From an uncultured Victivallis sp. (GTDB lineage Bacteria > Verrucomicrobiota > Lentisphaeria > Victivallales > Victivallaceae): DNA of 64,000 nt. The DNA lies in assembly GCA_964435365.1 (NCBI GenBank), contig CAYSZM010000002.1, positions 22,567-86,566 on the forward strand. Direction: 5' to 3'. Shown here in pieces: positions 10,870 to 20,704 of this stretch (position 1 is the stretch's first letter; every line of letters starts with the position of its first letter). The translations under genes and the position numbers were made by a program. The notes under the pieces are model-generated. The model was given only the letters and a program-made list of their open reading frames with translations. It did no database searches and was not told the origin of the DNA.

Positions 10870-12735
10870 TTACTTTACCGGTTCTTCTTCGACGCGAATA
10901 ATTTCCAAGGCAATATCATGGGTACGGCAAAATTTCTTCAGCCGAGCCATCTTCTCCTCGTTCCTGGAATGGGCGGAAATCAGGATTTTGTCGAAAGGGT
11001 GTTTTCGGTATATTTTTTCCAGATTTTCGCTGCCGCCAAACACCGGAAACCCGTAAATGCGCATTCCGCAGAGCGCCGGGTCGTCATCGATGATTCCGAT
11101 GATCCGGGCGGGATCGTTGGATTTCTGGGCGCAGTAAAGAATATTGACGAATACCCGGCATTTCAGTCCGCCGCCGTAGACGAGCAATCTTTGCTGCTGC
11201 TCCCGCGGCTGGCGTTGCAGTGAAAGTTCGCGGAACCAGAACCACCCCGCATAATGGATGCAGAACCGCTCCCCGAGAATCAGCAGCATGTTGACCATGG
11301 TGAAAATGAAACTCCCGCTGACGAACTGCCTTGGCGTGATTCCGTATTGCTCCGCCATTTCGCAATAACCGTATCCGTAGAGGAGCAGGTTGGAAACCAG
11401 CGAGCCGAAGACGATCAGCAAGAGCAGCCGGGCGTAATCGTTGATTCCGGCGCGGAGCCAATATACGCGGTAGATTCCGGAGACGCACAGCAGCAGCGCC
11501 GGCGGGCTGAAGGTGAGCAGAAAGATGTACAACGTCCCGGGAGCTCCGCAGGTGAGCAGGCAGGCAGTCAGATAGGCCGCTGCGATGCAGCAGAAATCGA
11601 TGAACGGATGCACCAGGTTGATTAAAAGTCCGCGGCGCGGTTTTGACAATCCGTTCTGGATCAACCGGGCTGATTCGCTCAATTCGACTCCGGCCAATTG
11701 CCGGATTGCGATGAGAACGGCGATCAGAAGCAGAATGTAGGCGACGGCGGGAACCGAATTCCGGGCGATCAGGAGAAGGAGCGCTCCAGCCGAAAAACAG
11801 CAGCCGAGCAGATAGAGAATCCAGGCGGTGGTGGTCTGCTTGCTGGTTTGGCGCAGCAGCCGGTGATGAAGATGGTCGCGATCCCCTTCCATAATGCCGC
11901 CGGACCGTGGATTGAGGAGCTTGCGTGCGCTGCGCCGCCAGATCGCCAGAATCACATCGAAGAGAGGAACCCCGACCACCAGCAGCGGCAGCAGAAGCGA
12001 GGTGGCGGTGACCGCCCGGTCGACGCTGGAGAGCCCGGTGATGGCGAACATCAGCCCGAGAAACGTACTGCCGGTGTCGCCGAGAAAGATCTTGGCCGGA
12101 TGGAAGTTATAGCGAAGGAATCCGAGACAGGCGGCGGCGAGAATCAGCATCGCCATCGCTTCCGATATATGTTTCCCGGTCAGCAAAAACCAGATCGCCA
12201 TGCAGCCGGCGGAGACGATCGCCAGCCCTGACGCCAATCCGTCGAGGCCGTCGATCAGATTGAATGCGTTGATGATGATGACCACCCAGCCGGCGGTCAG
12301 CGCAAGCGAAAGGAACCATGGAATGTGATAGCCGAGGACCTCGTAGTCGCGGCTCAGGTTGAACCAGACGACGAACGCCACCATCAGTTGAACGACCAGC
12401 TTGAGTCTGGATTTCAGCTCCCGCCGGTCATCGACCAGCCCCAGCGCCCCCAGCAGGATCGAAGGGATCAGCAGCCACCAGAGAAGTTTGATGCTTGCCG
12501 GTACCTGCGACAGAAACGCATAACTGGCCAGAGTGAAGAAAAAGGCCAGAATCACGGCGATTCCGCCGCCGCGCGGAACGCTGCGCTCATGCTGGTGCCT
12601 TCCGCCCGGCTTGTCCACATACCCCAGGCGAGGCAGAATTCTAACGCAGAATTTCGTCAGAATCGCCGACAACAGCAAGGCGACCAGAGGATAGAACAGC
12701 AACCCCCAGTAACTGAAATACGATTTATTCAGCAT
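10870..12735 (-). CDS. WecA/TagO-type undecaprenyl-phosphate sugar-1-phosphate transferase fused to a CapD/WcaJ-type membrane + Rossmann-like domain
   Basis: DKPGGRHQH..PRGGG, NAFNLIDGLDG, YNFHPAKIFLGDTGS, DRDHLHHRL. C-terminal extension with GIYRVYW and LLVYGGG...IIGIIDDD. Confidence 0.8.
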   Translation of the reverse strand: MLNKSYFSYWGLLFYPLVALLLSAILTKFCVRILPRLGYVDKPGGRHQHERSVPRGGGIAVILAFFFTLASYAFLSQVPASIKLLWWLLIPSILLGALGLVDDRRELKSRLKLVVQLMVAFVVWFNLSRDYEVLGYHIPWFLSLALTAGWVVIIINAFNLIDGLDGLASGLAIVSAGCMAIWFLLTGKHISEAMAMLILAAACLGFLRYNFHPAKIFLGDTGSTFLGLMFAITGLSSVDRAVTATSLLLPLLVVGVPLFDVILAIWRRSARKLLNPRSGGIMEGDRDHLHHRLLRQTSKQTTTAWILYLLGCCFSAGALLLLIARNSVPAVAYILLLIAVLIAIRQLAGVELSESARLIQNGLSKPRRGLLINLVHPFIDFCCIAAAYLTACLLTCGAPGTLYIFLLTFSPPALLLCVSGIYRVYWLRAGINDYARLLLLIVFGSLVSNLLLYGYGYCEMAEQYGITPRQFVSGSFIFTMVNMLLILGERFCIHYAGWFWFRELSLQRQPREQQQRLLVYGGGLKCRVFVNILYCAQKSNDPARIIGIIDDDPALCGMRIYGFPVFGGSENLEKIYRKHPFDKILISAHSRNEEKMARLKKFCRTHDIALEIIRVEEEPVK

Positions 12736-12759
12736 GTTTCATTGAATTGATTTGCGTTC

Positions 12760-13812
12760 TCAAGCCTTTTTGCCGAGACGTTCGCCGGAATATTTGTTCT
12801 CCCGGATCGGCCGCCACCACCAGTCGTTTTCCAGATACCAGGCGACCGTCTTGCGGATTCCGGTATCGAAATTCTCCTCCGGATTCCAGCCGAGTTCGTT
12901 GCGCAGTTTGTCCGCGTCGATCGCGTAACGGCGGTCATGGCCGGGCCGGTCGGCGACGAAGACAATCTGGTCGGAATAACTGCCCGAGGCTTTCGGCCTG
13001 AGGTCGTCGAGAATCCGACAGATGGCCTGCACCACCTCGAGGTTGGTGCGTTCGTTGCGGCCGCCGATGTTGTAGGTTTCGCCGGGAACCCCCTTGCGGT
13101 TGATGAGGGAAAGGGCTTTGGCGTGGTCTTCGACGTAGAGCCAGTCGCGGATGTTGTCGCCCTTGCCGTAGATCGGCAGCGGCTTGCCGTCGAGAGCGTT
13201 GAGGATGACCAGCGGAATCAGTTTCTCCGGAAAGTGGTACGGGCCATAGTTGTTCGAGCAGTTGGAGATCAGCACCGGCAGCCCGAAGGTATGACCCCAG
13301 GCGCGAACCATATGATCGCTCGACGCCTTGCTCGCCGAATAGGGAGATTTCGGATCGTAGGGCGTGGTCTCCTCGAAGAGCCCCTCCGCCCCCAGCGAAC
13401 CGTAGACTTCGTCGGTGGAAATATGCTGGAACCGGAACGCCGCCTTGCGGTCTTCGGGGAGTGTCCTCCAGTAAGCGAGCGCGCACTGGAGCAGATTGGC
13501 GGTCCCGAGCACATTGGTCCGCACGAAACAGAGCGGATCGTCGATCGAACGGTCCACATGGGATTCCGCCGCGAGATGCATGATCGAATCCGGCTGGAAC
13601 CCGGCGAACAGCTTCGCCACGCCCTCCGCGTCGCAGATGTCGAGTTTCGCGAAATGATAACGGGGAGAATCCTCGACCTCCTTCAGGCTGGCGAGGTTAC
13701 CCGCATAGGTGAGTTTGTCGAGGTTCATCACCTCGCAATCGGTGTTCTTGATAAGGTGACGGATCAGCGCCGAGCCGATGAATCCGGCGCCCCCGGTGAC
13801 AATGATTTTCAT
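12760..13812 (-). CDS. rfbB: dTDP-glucose 4,6-dehydratase
   Basis: [51 protein letters not shown]. Confidence 0.97.
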   Translation of the reverse strand: MKIIVTGGAGFIGSALIRHLIKNTDCEVMNLDKLTYAGNLASLKEVEDSPRYHFAKLDICDAEGVAKLFAGFQPDSIMHLAAESHVDRSIDDPLCFVRTNVLGTANLLQCALAYWRTLPEDRKAAFRFQHISTDEVYGSLGAEGLFEETTPYDPKSPYSASKASSDHMVRAWGHTFGLPVLISNCSNNYGPYHFPEKLIPLVILNALDGKPLPIYGKGDNIRDWLYVEDHAKALSLINRKGVPGETYNIGGRNERTNLEVVQAICRILDDLRPKASGSYSDQIVFVADRPGHDRRYAIDADKLRNELGWNPEENFDTGIRKTVAWYLENDWWWRPIRENKYSGERLGKKA

Positions 13813-14084
13813 GATAAACGCTCTGGGATGAGTATATCCGCAATCCGGTCGAGCGTTTCCGCTTCGACCACCTTTTCGACATGACTGCCGGAACCGATGT
13901 TCAAGTGGATATCCGGTGCAGGAATATTCACTTTCTGACAGAAAGCACCCGACATTCGAACATCGTAATACCGGCCGGGATGAACCAGAACATGCCGGCT
14001 CCCGGGATGCCGGCTCAATACCTCCCTCAAAGGCGCGATCTTCATGAAATTCGGTCGGGCACCGACGACACTGATGCTTCTCAT
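13809..14084 (-). pseudogene. wecB: Internally deleted UDP-GlcNAc 2-epimerase (wecB-like) remnant
   Basis: [14 protein letters not shown]...[13 protein letters not shown]-terminus joined to an RIADIL C-terminal-like tail. Only 91 aa versus about 360 for the family. Confidence 0.75.
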
Positions 14085-15067
14085 TCTTTATCCTGTTCTT
14101 TTTTCAATACCGGCACATTCACCCAGCCATTAGGCGTTTCAGTAAACTCCCGGCAAGTAAAAAGCCAAATCACGAATTTCTTATTCTTCAGCCAGTTCGG
14201 ATTTCGAGCTGCCTTACGATAAAGATTGATCCGTACTGCCGTTGCAGCCGATCCTTTGACCGCAATCCGGTCGATCGGCATTCTCAACTCATGCGCCAGC
14301 TGTTCTCCGAATCCGGCAGATTCGGCGAGCATGTCGCCGCCAGCGGAAAAAACCAGTCCGTGACTGTCACTCAGAAGCAGGACTGGACTGGTTTCATCAA
14401 AGGTTTTCCCTTCGATTTCACGGATCGTCAGGGTTTCAGAGGGCGCGGCGTTTTTATCCAGCGACGCCATCAGGTCACCCACAATTATCACCGGTTTCTC
14501 CGTTGTCTTGAAATCGGCGTTGCCCCTCAAACCGATCTGCTGCGCAACTTTCTGCGCCGCCAGCGCAATTCCGACAGGATTCCAGTGTGCGTCCTGTTTG
14601 CAAAAAACCGGCACTCCGGCTTTCGCAAAATCATCGCTCAGATCGAGTATATCGACTCCCTTCGCACGCAGTTCGTCATAAAACGGCTTCAAATAAACCA
14701 TGGCGTCGCCCGTCTTGAGCGGCGCCAGCGGCTGAAGCGCGAGCTTGGGCGGCACCGGCACAATAATCAACCGGATATTCTGCTCTTTGAGCGCATCGTT
14801 GAATGCCGTGATAGTCGGCACCGGATCGGGATATTTACCGGCTTTTGCCGCCCGGGCGGCAGCACCGCCGACCAGCGGTCCCTTGCTCAGATGTTCCAAC
14901 TCGTTGCGACTGTAAAGCCAGCCATCGTTCCCTTTGCACGTAATCGTCTTCGGTTCGACTTTGGGCAACTGTTCGCGTGCAAATGCCGCCACATCCGGAG
15001 CGCCGTCTGCTGCCAGCACGCCCAACGCCATACAACACCATAGTCCGGGCAGCCAACTTTTTCTCAT
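14081..15067 (-). CDS. AlgJ/AlgX-like SGNH O-acetyltransferase (secreted)
   Basis: Signal peptide, GNDGWLY, KQDAHWN (DxH), LLLSDSH. ATGA overlap sets the start at 15067. Confidence 0.75.
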   Translation of the reverse strand: MRKSWLPGLWCCMALGVLAADGAPDVAAFAREQLPKVEPKTITCKGNDGWLYSRNELEHLSKGPLVGGAAARAAKAGKYPDPVPTITAFNDALKEQNIRLIIVPVPPKLALQPLAPLKTGDAMVYLKPFYDELRAKGVDILDLSDDFAKAGVPVFCKQDAHWNPVGIALAAQKVAQQIGLRGNADFKTTEKPVIIVGDLMASLDKNAAPSETLTIREIEGKTFDETSPVLLLSDSHGLVFSAGGDMLAESAGFGEQLAHELRMPIDRIAVKGSAATAVRINLYRKAARNPNWLKNKKFVIWLFTCREFTETPNGWVNVPVLKKEQDKE

Positions 15068-16626
15068 CTCAATTCCCCCCAAAGCGGTTCCTGCAACAAA
15101 AGTTCCTCGTCATCGAGGTCGCTACGATTCCAGCCTCCGAAATTCGCTTCTGCGTCACCACGCCATGGCATCAGAATCAAGGTCACCTGATCGCCGGGCC
15201 GCCACTGCGCCGCGGGCGTCCACACATTGTCGACCATACTTTTAATATACACCAAAGCCTGTTCATTGCCACCATCGATATCGACGAAATGCACACTCAT
15301 AATATGATCTTTGTACGGCGCCGAATGAGGTTGCGGCACCGTGGAAACCTGTTGAATCGTTGCCGTGACCTTGCGCGGAGCGTCCAGCGCGAGGAAGCGA
15401 ACCTCGGGCGCATTCCCGAGGCTCAGATCGAGCATTTTCCAGTTGCCGTCGGCCAGTTCCCGGATGGCGAATTCATAAATCACGATTTTCTTGTCCGCGA
15501 GTCGGTCGCGTCCCCGTCGGAGTTCATTGCTCAGAAGCTCGCGGGTGGCGAATGCTCCGGCGTCATTGCGGGCAATCACATCAATATTGTAGCCCAGGTG
15601 GGCGCTCAACCGTTCGGCCAACCCGGATTTCTCACCCCAGTTCATGGCCGAAACACTGTAGATATTGGTGAAGCTGTCTCCCAGCAGCAACACCGGCGCA
15701 TCCGGCGCGACACGGAAATCCTGGCGGGGCCGGACGGATACGGTTTCGGCGGCGAAAAACTTTTCCGGCATGGCCAGTTTGAGCATTGCGGCAATATCGC
15801 CGAGATGAGTGATCTGTTGCGGCGTGGAATGATCTTGCCATTTCCGGCCCGATATCAATTCAGTCAGCCTGGCAGCGGCGATTTCCATGCCTTCCGGCGT
15901 CCAGTGGGTATCGGTTTTAAGGTAGGGTTCCATTCCGGCGGTACGCAACAACGCAAAATCCGGTGCAAGATCCAATACCGTGATGCCGTTGACCTCCATG
16001 ATCCGACGGAATTCGTCAAAGGAGGGATTCCGCAAAACCGTACCGACAACGGCATTGCCGCCGAGTTTGTCGCCATACAACATCGGTTTGACCGGGGCCG
16101 GCAACAGGATAAGGCGAATGCCGCGCGCCTTTAACTGACGCTGAAAATCCAGAACAGCACGTATCGGGTCGGGTTGTCCGCCCTTGAGTCTGCGTTTGTA
16201 AAGCCGTTCCGGCCGCAGGAATCCCGGATTGGCCAGATAGTTAAAATCGCTCGCATAAAAAAGCCAGCCGTCGGTTCCTACAATCACCTTTTCGTTGCCG
16301 GAAGAGAATACCCCGGTCAGAAACCCCTGCGCCGGTTCCAGCAGAACGGCCCGCAGCAATGAACAGTCTTCCAACGCCGTTTCATAACTTTTGAGCGCAG
16401 CCCCCAGCTGATCGGGGGACGCCATGGTCAGCCGATCTCCCAATTGCAGTTCCTGAATTTCGCTCAACGGTTTGTTGCGGGTTTCAAACCAGATTTGCGC
16501 CACCGGATAAAGCACGATCAACGCCAGGAACAACAAGCTTAATATCAACTGCTGGCTGCGGCTGATTTCGGTATGGCCGATTTCGATCTTGGCGACCTCT
16601 TCGCGGGATAATTTTCGTTCTGCCAT
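15064..16626 (-). CDS. AlgJ/AlgX-like SGNH O-acetyltransferase, membrane anchored, with extra C-terminal domain
   Basis: N-terminal TM helix, GTDGWLFY, KTDTHWT, LLLGDSF. Confidence 0.78.
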   Translation of the reverse strand: MAERKLSREEVAKIEIGHTEISRSQQLILSLLFLALIVLYPVAQIWFETRNKPLSEIQELQLGDRLTMASPDQLGAALKSYETALEDCSLLRAVLLEPAQGFLTGVFSSGNEKVIVGTDGWLFYASDFNYLANPGFLRPERLYKRRLKGGQPDPIRAVLDFQRQLKARGIRLILLPAPVKPMLYGDKLGGNAVVGTVLRNPSFDEFRRIMEVNGITVLDLAPDFALLRTAGMEPYLKTDTHWTPEGMEIAAARLTELISGRKWQDHSTPQQITHLGDIAAMLKLAMPEKFFAAETVSVRPRQDFRVAPDAPVLLLGDSFTNIYSVSAMNWGEKSGLAERLSAHLGYNIDVIARNDAGAFATRELLSNELRRGRDRLADKKIVIYEFAIRELADGNWKMLDLSLGNAPEVRFLALDAPRKVTATIQQVSTVPQPHSAPYKDHIMSVHFVDIDGGNEQALVYIKSMVDNVWTPAAQWRPGDQVTLILMPWRGDAEANFGGWNRSDLDDEELLLQEPLWGELR

Positions 16627-16638
16627 GATGATTTCCCC

Positions 16639-18051
16639 TTAAAAGATAAAGTAGATGAAGGGGTTGTAACTCTGGGTGGTCAGGGCAACCAGCGCCACCG
16701 CAAATACCGCAATCGCCCAGAGAATTTTCCACCAGTTGAGCTTGCGGGTAAAATCCCAAGTCGTCGGCAATGCCCAGATCGCCAGAGCCGCAATGATGAA
16801 ATTCACCAGATAATAGGGGGCATAAATCACCCCTGCCGCCACTGCGCCTCCGCCATGTTGCGCCGCTGCTCCGGCGACGCCGAACATGCTGGTCAAGTAA
16901 CGCCAGGCATCCGGCAAGGTATCCGCCCGGAAAAACACCCAGGCAATCAGCACAATAAAGAAGGTCAGCGCCACCTGAATGATTTTCGGCATGCGGTGAT
17001 AAATGCTTTCTTTGCCGAGCGCACGCTCGAACGCCAGATAGCCGCCGTGGATGCCGCCCCAGATCAGGAAGTTCCAACTGGCGCCATGCCACAGTCCGCC
17101 CAGCAGCATGACCAGCGTCAGATTGACGTAGGTGCGAATTTCTCCTTTGCGGTTGCCGCCCAGAGGGATGTAAAGGTAGTCACGCAACCAGGCCGACAGA
17201 CTAAGATGCCAACGCCGCCAGAACTCCGTGATGGATTGGGATTTATAAGGAGAATCAAAATTTTTGGCAAAGACGAATCCGAGCATCAGCCCGAGGCCGA
17301 TCGCCATATCCGAATAGCCGGAAAAGTCGTAATAAATTTGAAAAGCATACGCCGTGATACCATACCAGGCGTCTCCGGAATGAAGGTCGGCGGTGGAAAA
17401 ACAGACGTCGGCGATCTTGCCGCAGGGATTGGCAAGGAGGATTTTTTTCCCCATGCCGAACATGAAAAATGCGACTCCGCGCGCGAATTTTTCCCAGCTG
17501 TAGGTTCGTTCAACCAGCTGGTCGGCCACATCCTGAAAACGGACGATCGGCCCGGCAACCAATTGCGGAAACATCGATACAAAACAGGCGTAATCGATCC
17601 AGCGGGTCACCACTTTGGCGTCGCCGCGGTAGAGATCAATCACATAACTCAAGCTCTGAAAGGTATAGAAACTGATGCCGAGCGGCAGAATCACCCGGAA
17701 AAATCCGGCATACTGCCATTCCGGAATACCCATCCCCGCCATGAGCGCATTGTAATTTTCCACTCCGAAGTTGAAATACTTGAAAAAACCGAGTACCGCG
17801 AGGTCGACGACGATCGAAATGATCAGAAACAATCTTTTCTGCCGGGGGAATTTTGCCATCAGCCGTCCGTCCGTATAATCTACGGTCGTCGTGAAAAGCA
17901 TCAGCGGCATAAACCATGGATTGGCCCAGCCGTAGAAGATGTAACTGAGCAGAGTAAGAGTCAGATGTTTGAGTTTTTTCGGGCTCAGGTAATAGACTGC
18001 CAGCGCCAGCGGCAGAAAGAAAAATAGGAACAGATACGATGAAAAAACCAT
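16639..18051 (-). CDS. algI: MBOAT family O-acyltransferase (AlgI-like)
   Basis: MVFSSYLFLF, LPLGISFYTFQ, FPQLVAGPIVR, FSGYSDMAIG, EFWRRWH, GLWHGA. Confidence 0.93.
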   Translation of the reverse strand: MVFSSYLFLFFFLPLALAVYYLSPKKLKHLTLTLLSYIFYGWANPWFMPLMLFTTTVDYTDGRLMAKFPRQKRLFLIISIVVDLAVLGFFKYFNFGVENYNALMAGMGIPEWQYAGFFRVILPLGISFYTFQSLSYVIDLYRGDAKVVTRWIDYACFVSMFPQLVAGPIVRFQDVADQLVERTYSWEKFARGVAFFMFGMGKKILLANPCGKIADVCFSTADLHSGDAWYGITAYAFQIYYDFSGYSDMAIGLGLMLGFVFAKNFDSPYKSQSITEFWRRWHLSLSAWLRDYLYIPLGGNRKGEIRTYVNLTLVMLLGGLWHGASWNFLIWGGIHGGYLAFERALGKESIYHRMPKIIQVALTFFIVLIAWVFFRADTLPDAWRYLTSMFGVAGAAAQHGGGAVAAGVIYAPYYLVNFIIAALAIWALPTTWDFTRKLNWWKILWAIAVFAVALVALTTQSYNPFIYFIF

Positions 18052-18064
18052 TTTTATTCCACCA

Positions 18065-20521
18065 TCATTGATAGATCATAATATTACGGATGGCAAAAGC
18101 AGCATCCGAGGTACCGGCTGCCGTGATTTCAAGCGATTTTGTCCCTGCCGGAAGTTGAAAAATAACGTGTGACCAACGAATAAGGCCTCCGTAACATGAC
18201 GGAATGTTCTGCGGATACCCGTTCACCATTAACGTGACAATACCGGGTCCCGGAAATACCACCGCGGGGATAACGCAAATCATCTCTTTTTCCGGATCAA
18301 TATCATTCAAAGATATTTCTGCAATCTTCAATGGCTTATCATCAAGACATGAAAATTCCTTTTTGTCAGTCAGGTTCTCCCAGTTTTTCACCCAAATCTC
18401 ATACTTTTCCGAGAGAGAGATTTTTTGCCCGGAAATATCAGCGTTTCGGATTAATCTCCGTCCGGAGAGTAACTGTTGGGCTCGATCCATAACAGACAAA
18501 TCACTCCATTGTATCTTGCTCAGCAAGTGCGGTATTCCCATATGAAGAATAATTACTTTCTTGCCGGCAAGAAACGCGGTTGGATTTGTAAAAATATTCT
18601 GAATAATTGTGGTCATTGGTCCATCTCCACTGATCCGATACCAATCAACGCCATACCGGATTTTGGAAGCCAACAAAGTCGGGTAGGACTCGGGGTCTTT
18701 CATCGGATATTGGATAAAGGAATTGCCTAAAACCTTTATGGCACTTTGAGGATCTTTTTGCAGAACTTTTCCACAGTATCGGACTTCCCGACTTGTATAA
18801 CTGGTTCCAGCTTTGTGATTGCCGATATCGCAATTGGCAGGGAAAAGATAATCTGTTGACAGGGGATTCGGAATCTGGATAAAAGAAAAATCAGCCGATT
18901 TCATATTCTGCGGGAAATGATACCGCTCCAATCGCGCAGCCATAACTGACGCCAGCGCATCCTGACAGGTATCGGATGGATGATAATTTGACGGGAAGAA
19001 GAAAGCGAAAGGGTATTTTTCGCTGTTGGCGATAATTTCATCAGAGGCATAAAGCGTTTCAATGCCAGCTTCAGATAACTGTTTGACCAAAATCGCCATT
19101 TGATAGTCTGGAATATCACGGAATTGGGGATTGATTACCCTTGCCGCAATGTCATATAGATTGGGCACAATAGAGACGATCAATTGAACGCCATTGGATT
19201 CCAGTGTTTTTTTCAGTGAAAGCAGCGCAGCTAAATTTTCTTCAGAAATCTCCTGATAGTTACCAATAAACCAGTATTTTTCTGGAAGGCACCAGAAAGA
19301 CCCGTTTATATTTCTCCACACAAATGAGCCGATCCGGTTGTAGCCAGGAGCGTCTTTGTTTTTTTCTTTTGTCCAAATTTCTTGGAATTGACGGTTCAGT
19401 CCTTCCCGACAGTTATTGAAATCGGCAAGCATAACATTCATTCTGGCTAAATCTTTTTCAATATTCGCTTGCTGTGCTTCTTTGAGTACACCTGGGATCG
19501 GTGAGTTGATATGACGCTCGAATATAGAAATATAGCTACTGTTTCCCTCTGACCAAAGAATACCGGACGAAGGATTCAGCGAAGTGTCGCTATAAGTGCG
19601 GATTACTGACATGGAGAGAACATAATAATTATCCAATGAGAATAAGTTAAGCTCGTCGACTTGCTGAGTTGTTTTCATTCGATCCGGCAGTTTGCTGAAC
19701 GGAATCAGTGTACAACGGATCTTATCTCCCGGTTTAATTTTCGCCATATCCAGCAATTTGTAGTTTTTGAACCCATCAATAACCAATGCCAATTCTCTGC
19801 TGCAAGGATCTCCTGCCTTAATGGAGTTACCAATAAAATGTGCGGAAAAACGGCAATCCGGATAATCAGAATCCTTAGGATTCGGAAGATGCGAGCATTC
19901 GGTGATTTCCCCTTCGACGCTAGTTATTTCCGCTACAGGTTTGCGATATACGCGCATACGATGGAGCAAAACCTTTCCTTGAACTGCAATCATGGGTTCA
20001 AACGTGTTGTATTGGTCCATAACACCAACATCAAAGGTGTAAGTTTCCTGTTTGCCGGAGGATGGGCGAATCGTCTGAAGAACGTGCTGCCCCGGATTTA
20101 TGGAACCATGTTCTCGAAGTCCAAGTTCTATTGTCACATTGTCGCTTAGGGCAGATGCTTCAAACTCAACACGAAGATTACAATTCATAACATTCTGAAC
20201 GGGGCCGAAAAATCGAAAAACCCCCTTGTGAACATCAATCAAAAAACCGTTATCATTATGAGAAAGATGACATTCTTTCGGGTAAGTATTCCATTCTACC
20301 GCCCAATGATCCGGAATTTCCTGCTTTTCCAGTTCCTCCTTATTCAACCCGCTTCTTTTCAAGTGAGGCAATGCTGCGGGGTATATTTTAGGATTGACAT
20401 ATTTTTGGAAAATATATTCAAACGCCAAGTCACTTGGCGTCCAGTCGGAAGATTGTGCATTCACACAAATCGCCGAAACGGTTAAAAACATTGCAATATT
20501 GCCAATGCGGGACATAAGCAT
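18065..20521 (-). CDS. Large secreted AlgJ/AlgX-like protein with divergent SGNH motifs
   Basis: Signal-like N-terminus from ATG 20521. GVQLIVSIVP, FPSNYHPS and VLGNSF occupy the positions of the AlgX motifs. AT-rich gene. Confidence 0.5.
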   Translation of the reverse strand: MLMSRIGNIAMFLTVSAICVNAQSSDWTPSDLAFEYIFQKYVNPKIYPAALPHLKRSGLNKEELEKQEIPDHWAVEWNTYPKECHLSHNDNGFLIDVHKGVFRFFGPVQNVMNCNLRVEFEASALSDNVTIELGLREHGSINPGQHVLQTIRPSSGKQETYTFDVGVMDQYNTFEPMIAVQGKVLLHRMRVYRKPVAEITSVEGEITECSHLPNPKDSDYPDCRFSAHFIGNSIKAGDPCSRELALVIDGFKNYKLLDMAKIKPGDKIRCTLIPFSKLPDRMKTTQQVDELNLFSLDNYYVLSMSVIRTYSDTSLNPSSGILWSEGNSSYISIFERHINSPIPGVLKEAQQANIEKDLARMNVMLADFNNCREGLNRQFQEIWTKEKNKDAPGYNRIGSFVWRNINGSFWCLPEKYWFIGNYQEISEENLAALLSLKKTLESNGVQLIVSIVPNLYDIAARVINPQFRDIPDYQMAILVKQLSEAGIETLYASDEIIANSEKYPFAFFFPSNYHPSDTCQDALASVMAARLERYHFPQNMKSADFSFIQIPNPLSTDYLFPANCDIGNHKAGTSYTSREVRYCGKVLQKDPQSAIKVLGNSFIQYPMKDPESYPTLLASKIRYGVDWYRISGDGPMTTIIQNIFTNPTAFLAGKKVIILHMGIPHLLSKIQWSDLSVMDRAQQLLSGRRLIRNADISGQKISLSEKYEIWVKNWENLTDKKEFSCLDDKPLKIAEISLNDIDPEKEMICVIPAVVFPGPGIVTLMVNGYPQNIPSCYGGLIRWSHVIFQLPAGTKSLEITAAGTSDAAFAIRNIMIYQ

Positions 20522-20704
20522 GGTTAATTCGCCCTTCAATTTAAAACCTAATGACCTTTTTATTATTCTGCGCCAGGTTACGTTCACACGAATGAATCAA
20601 TGATCATTGCAAACAAAACGAATCCCGCAAACATGATATCGGCTGTGTTGCACGACAAGACAGTTCCATGATCCGCGCTGTTTTCTGTCGAAAATATTAC
20701 ATCG

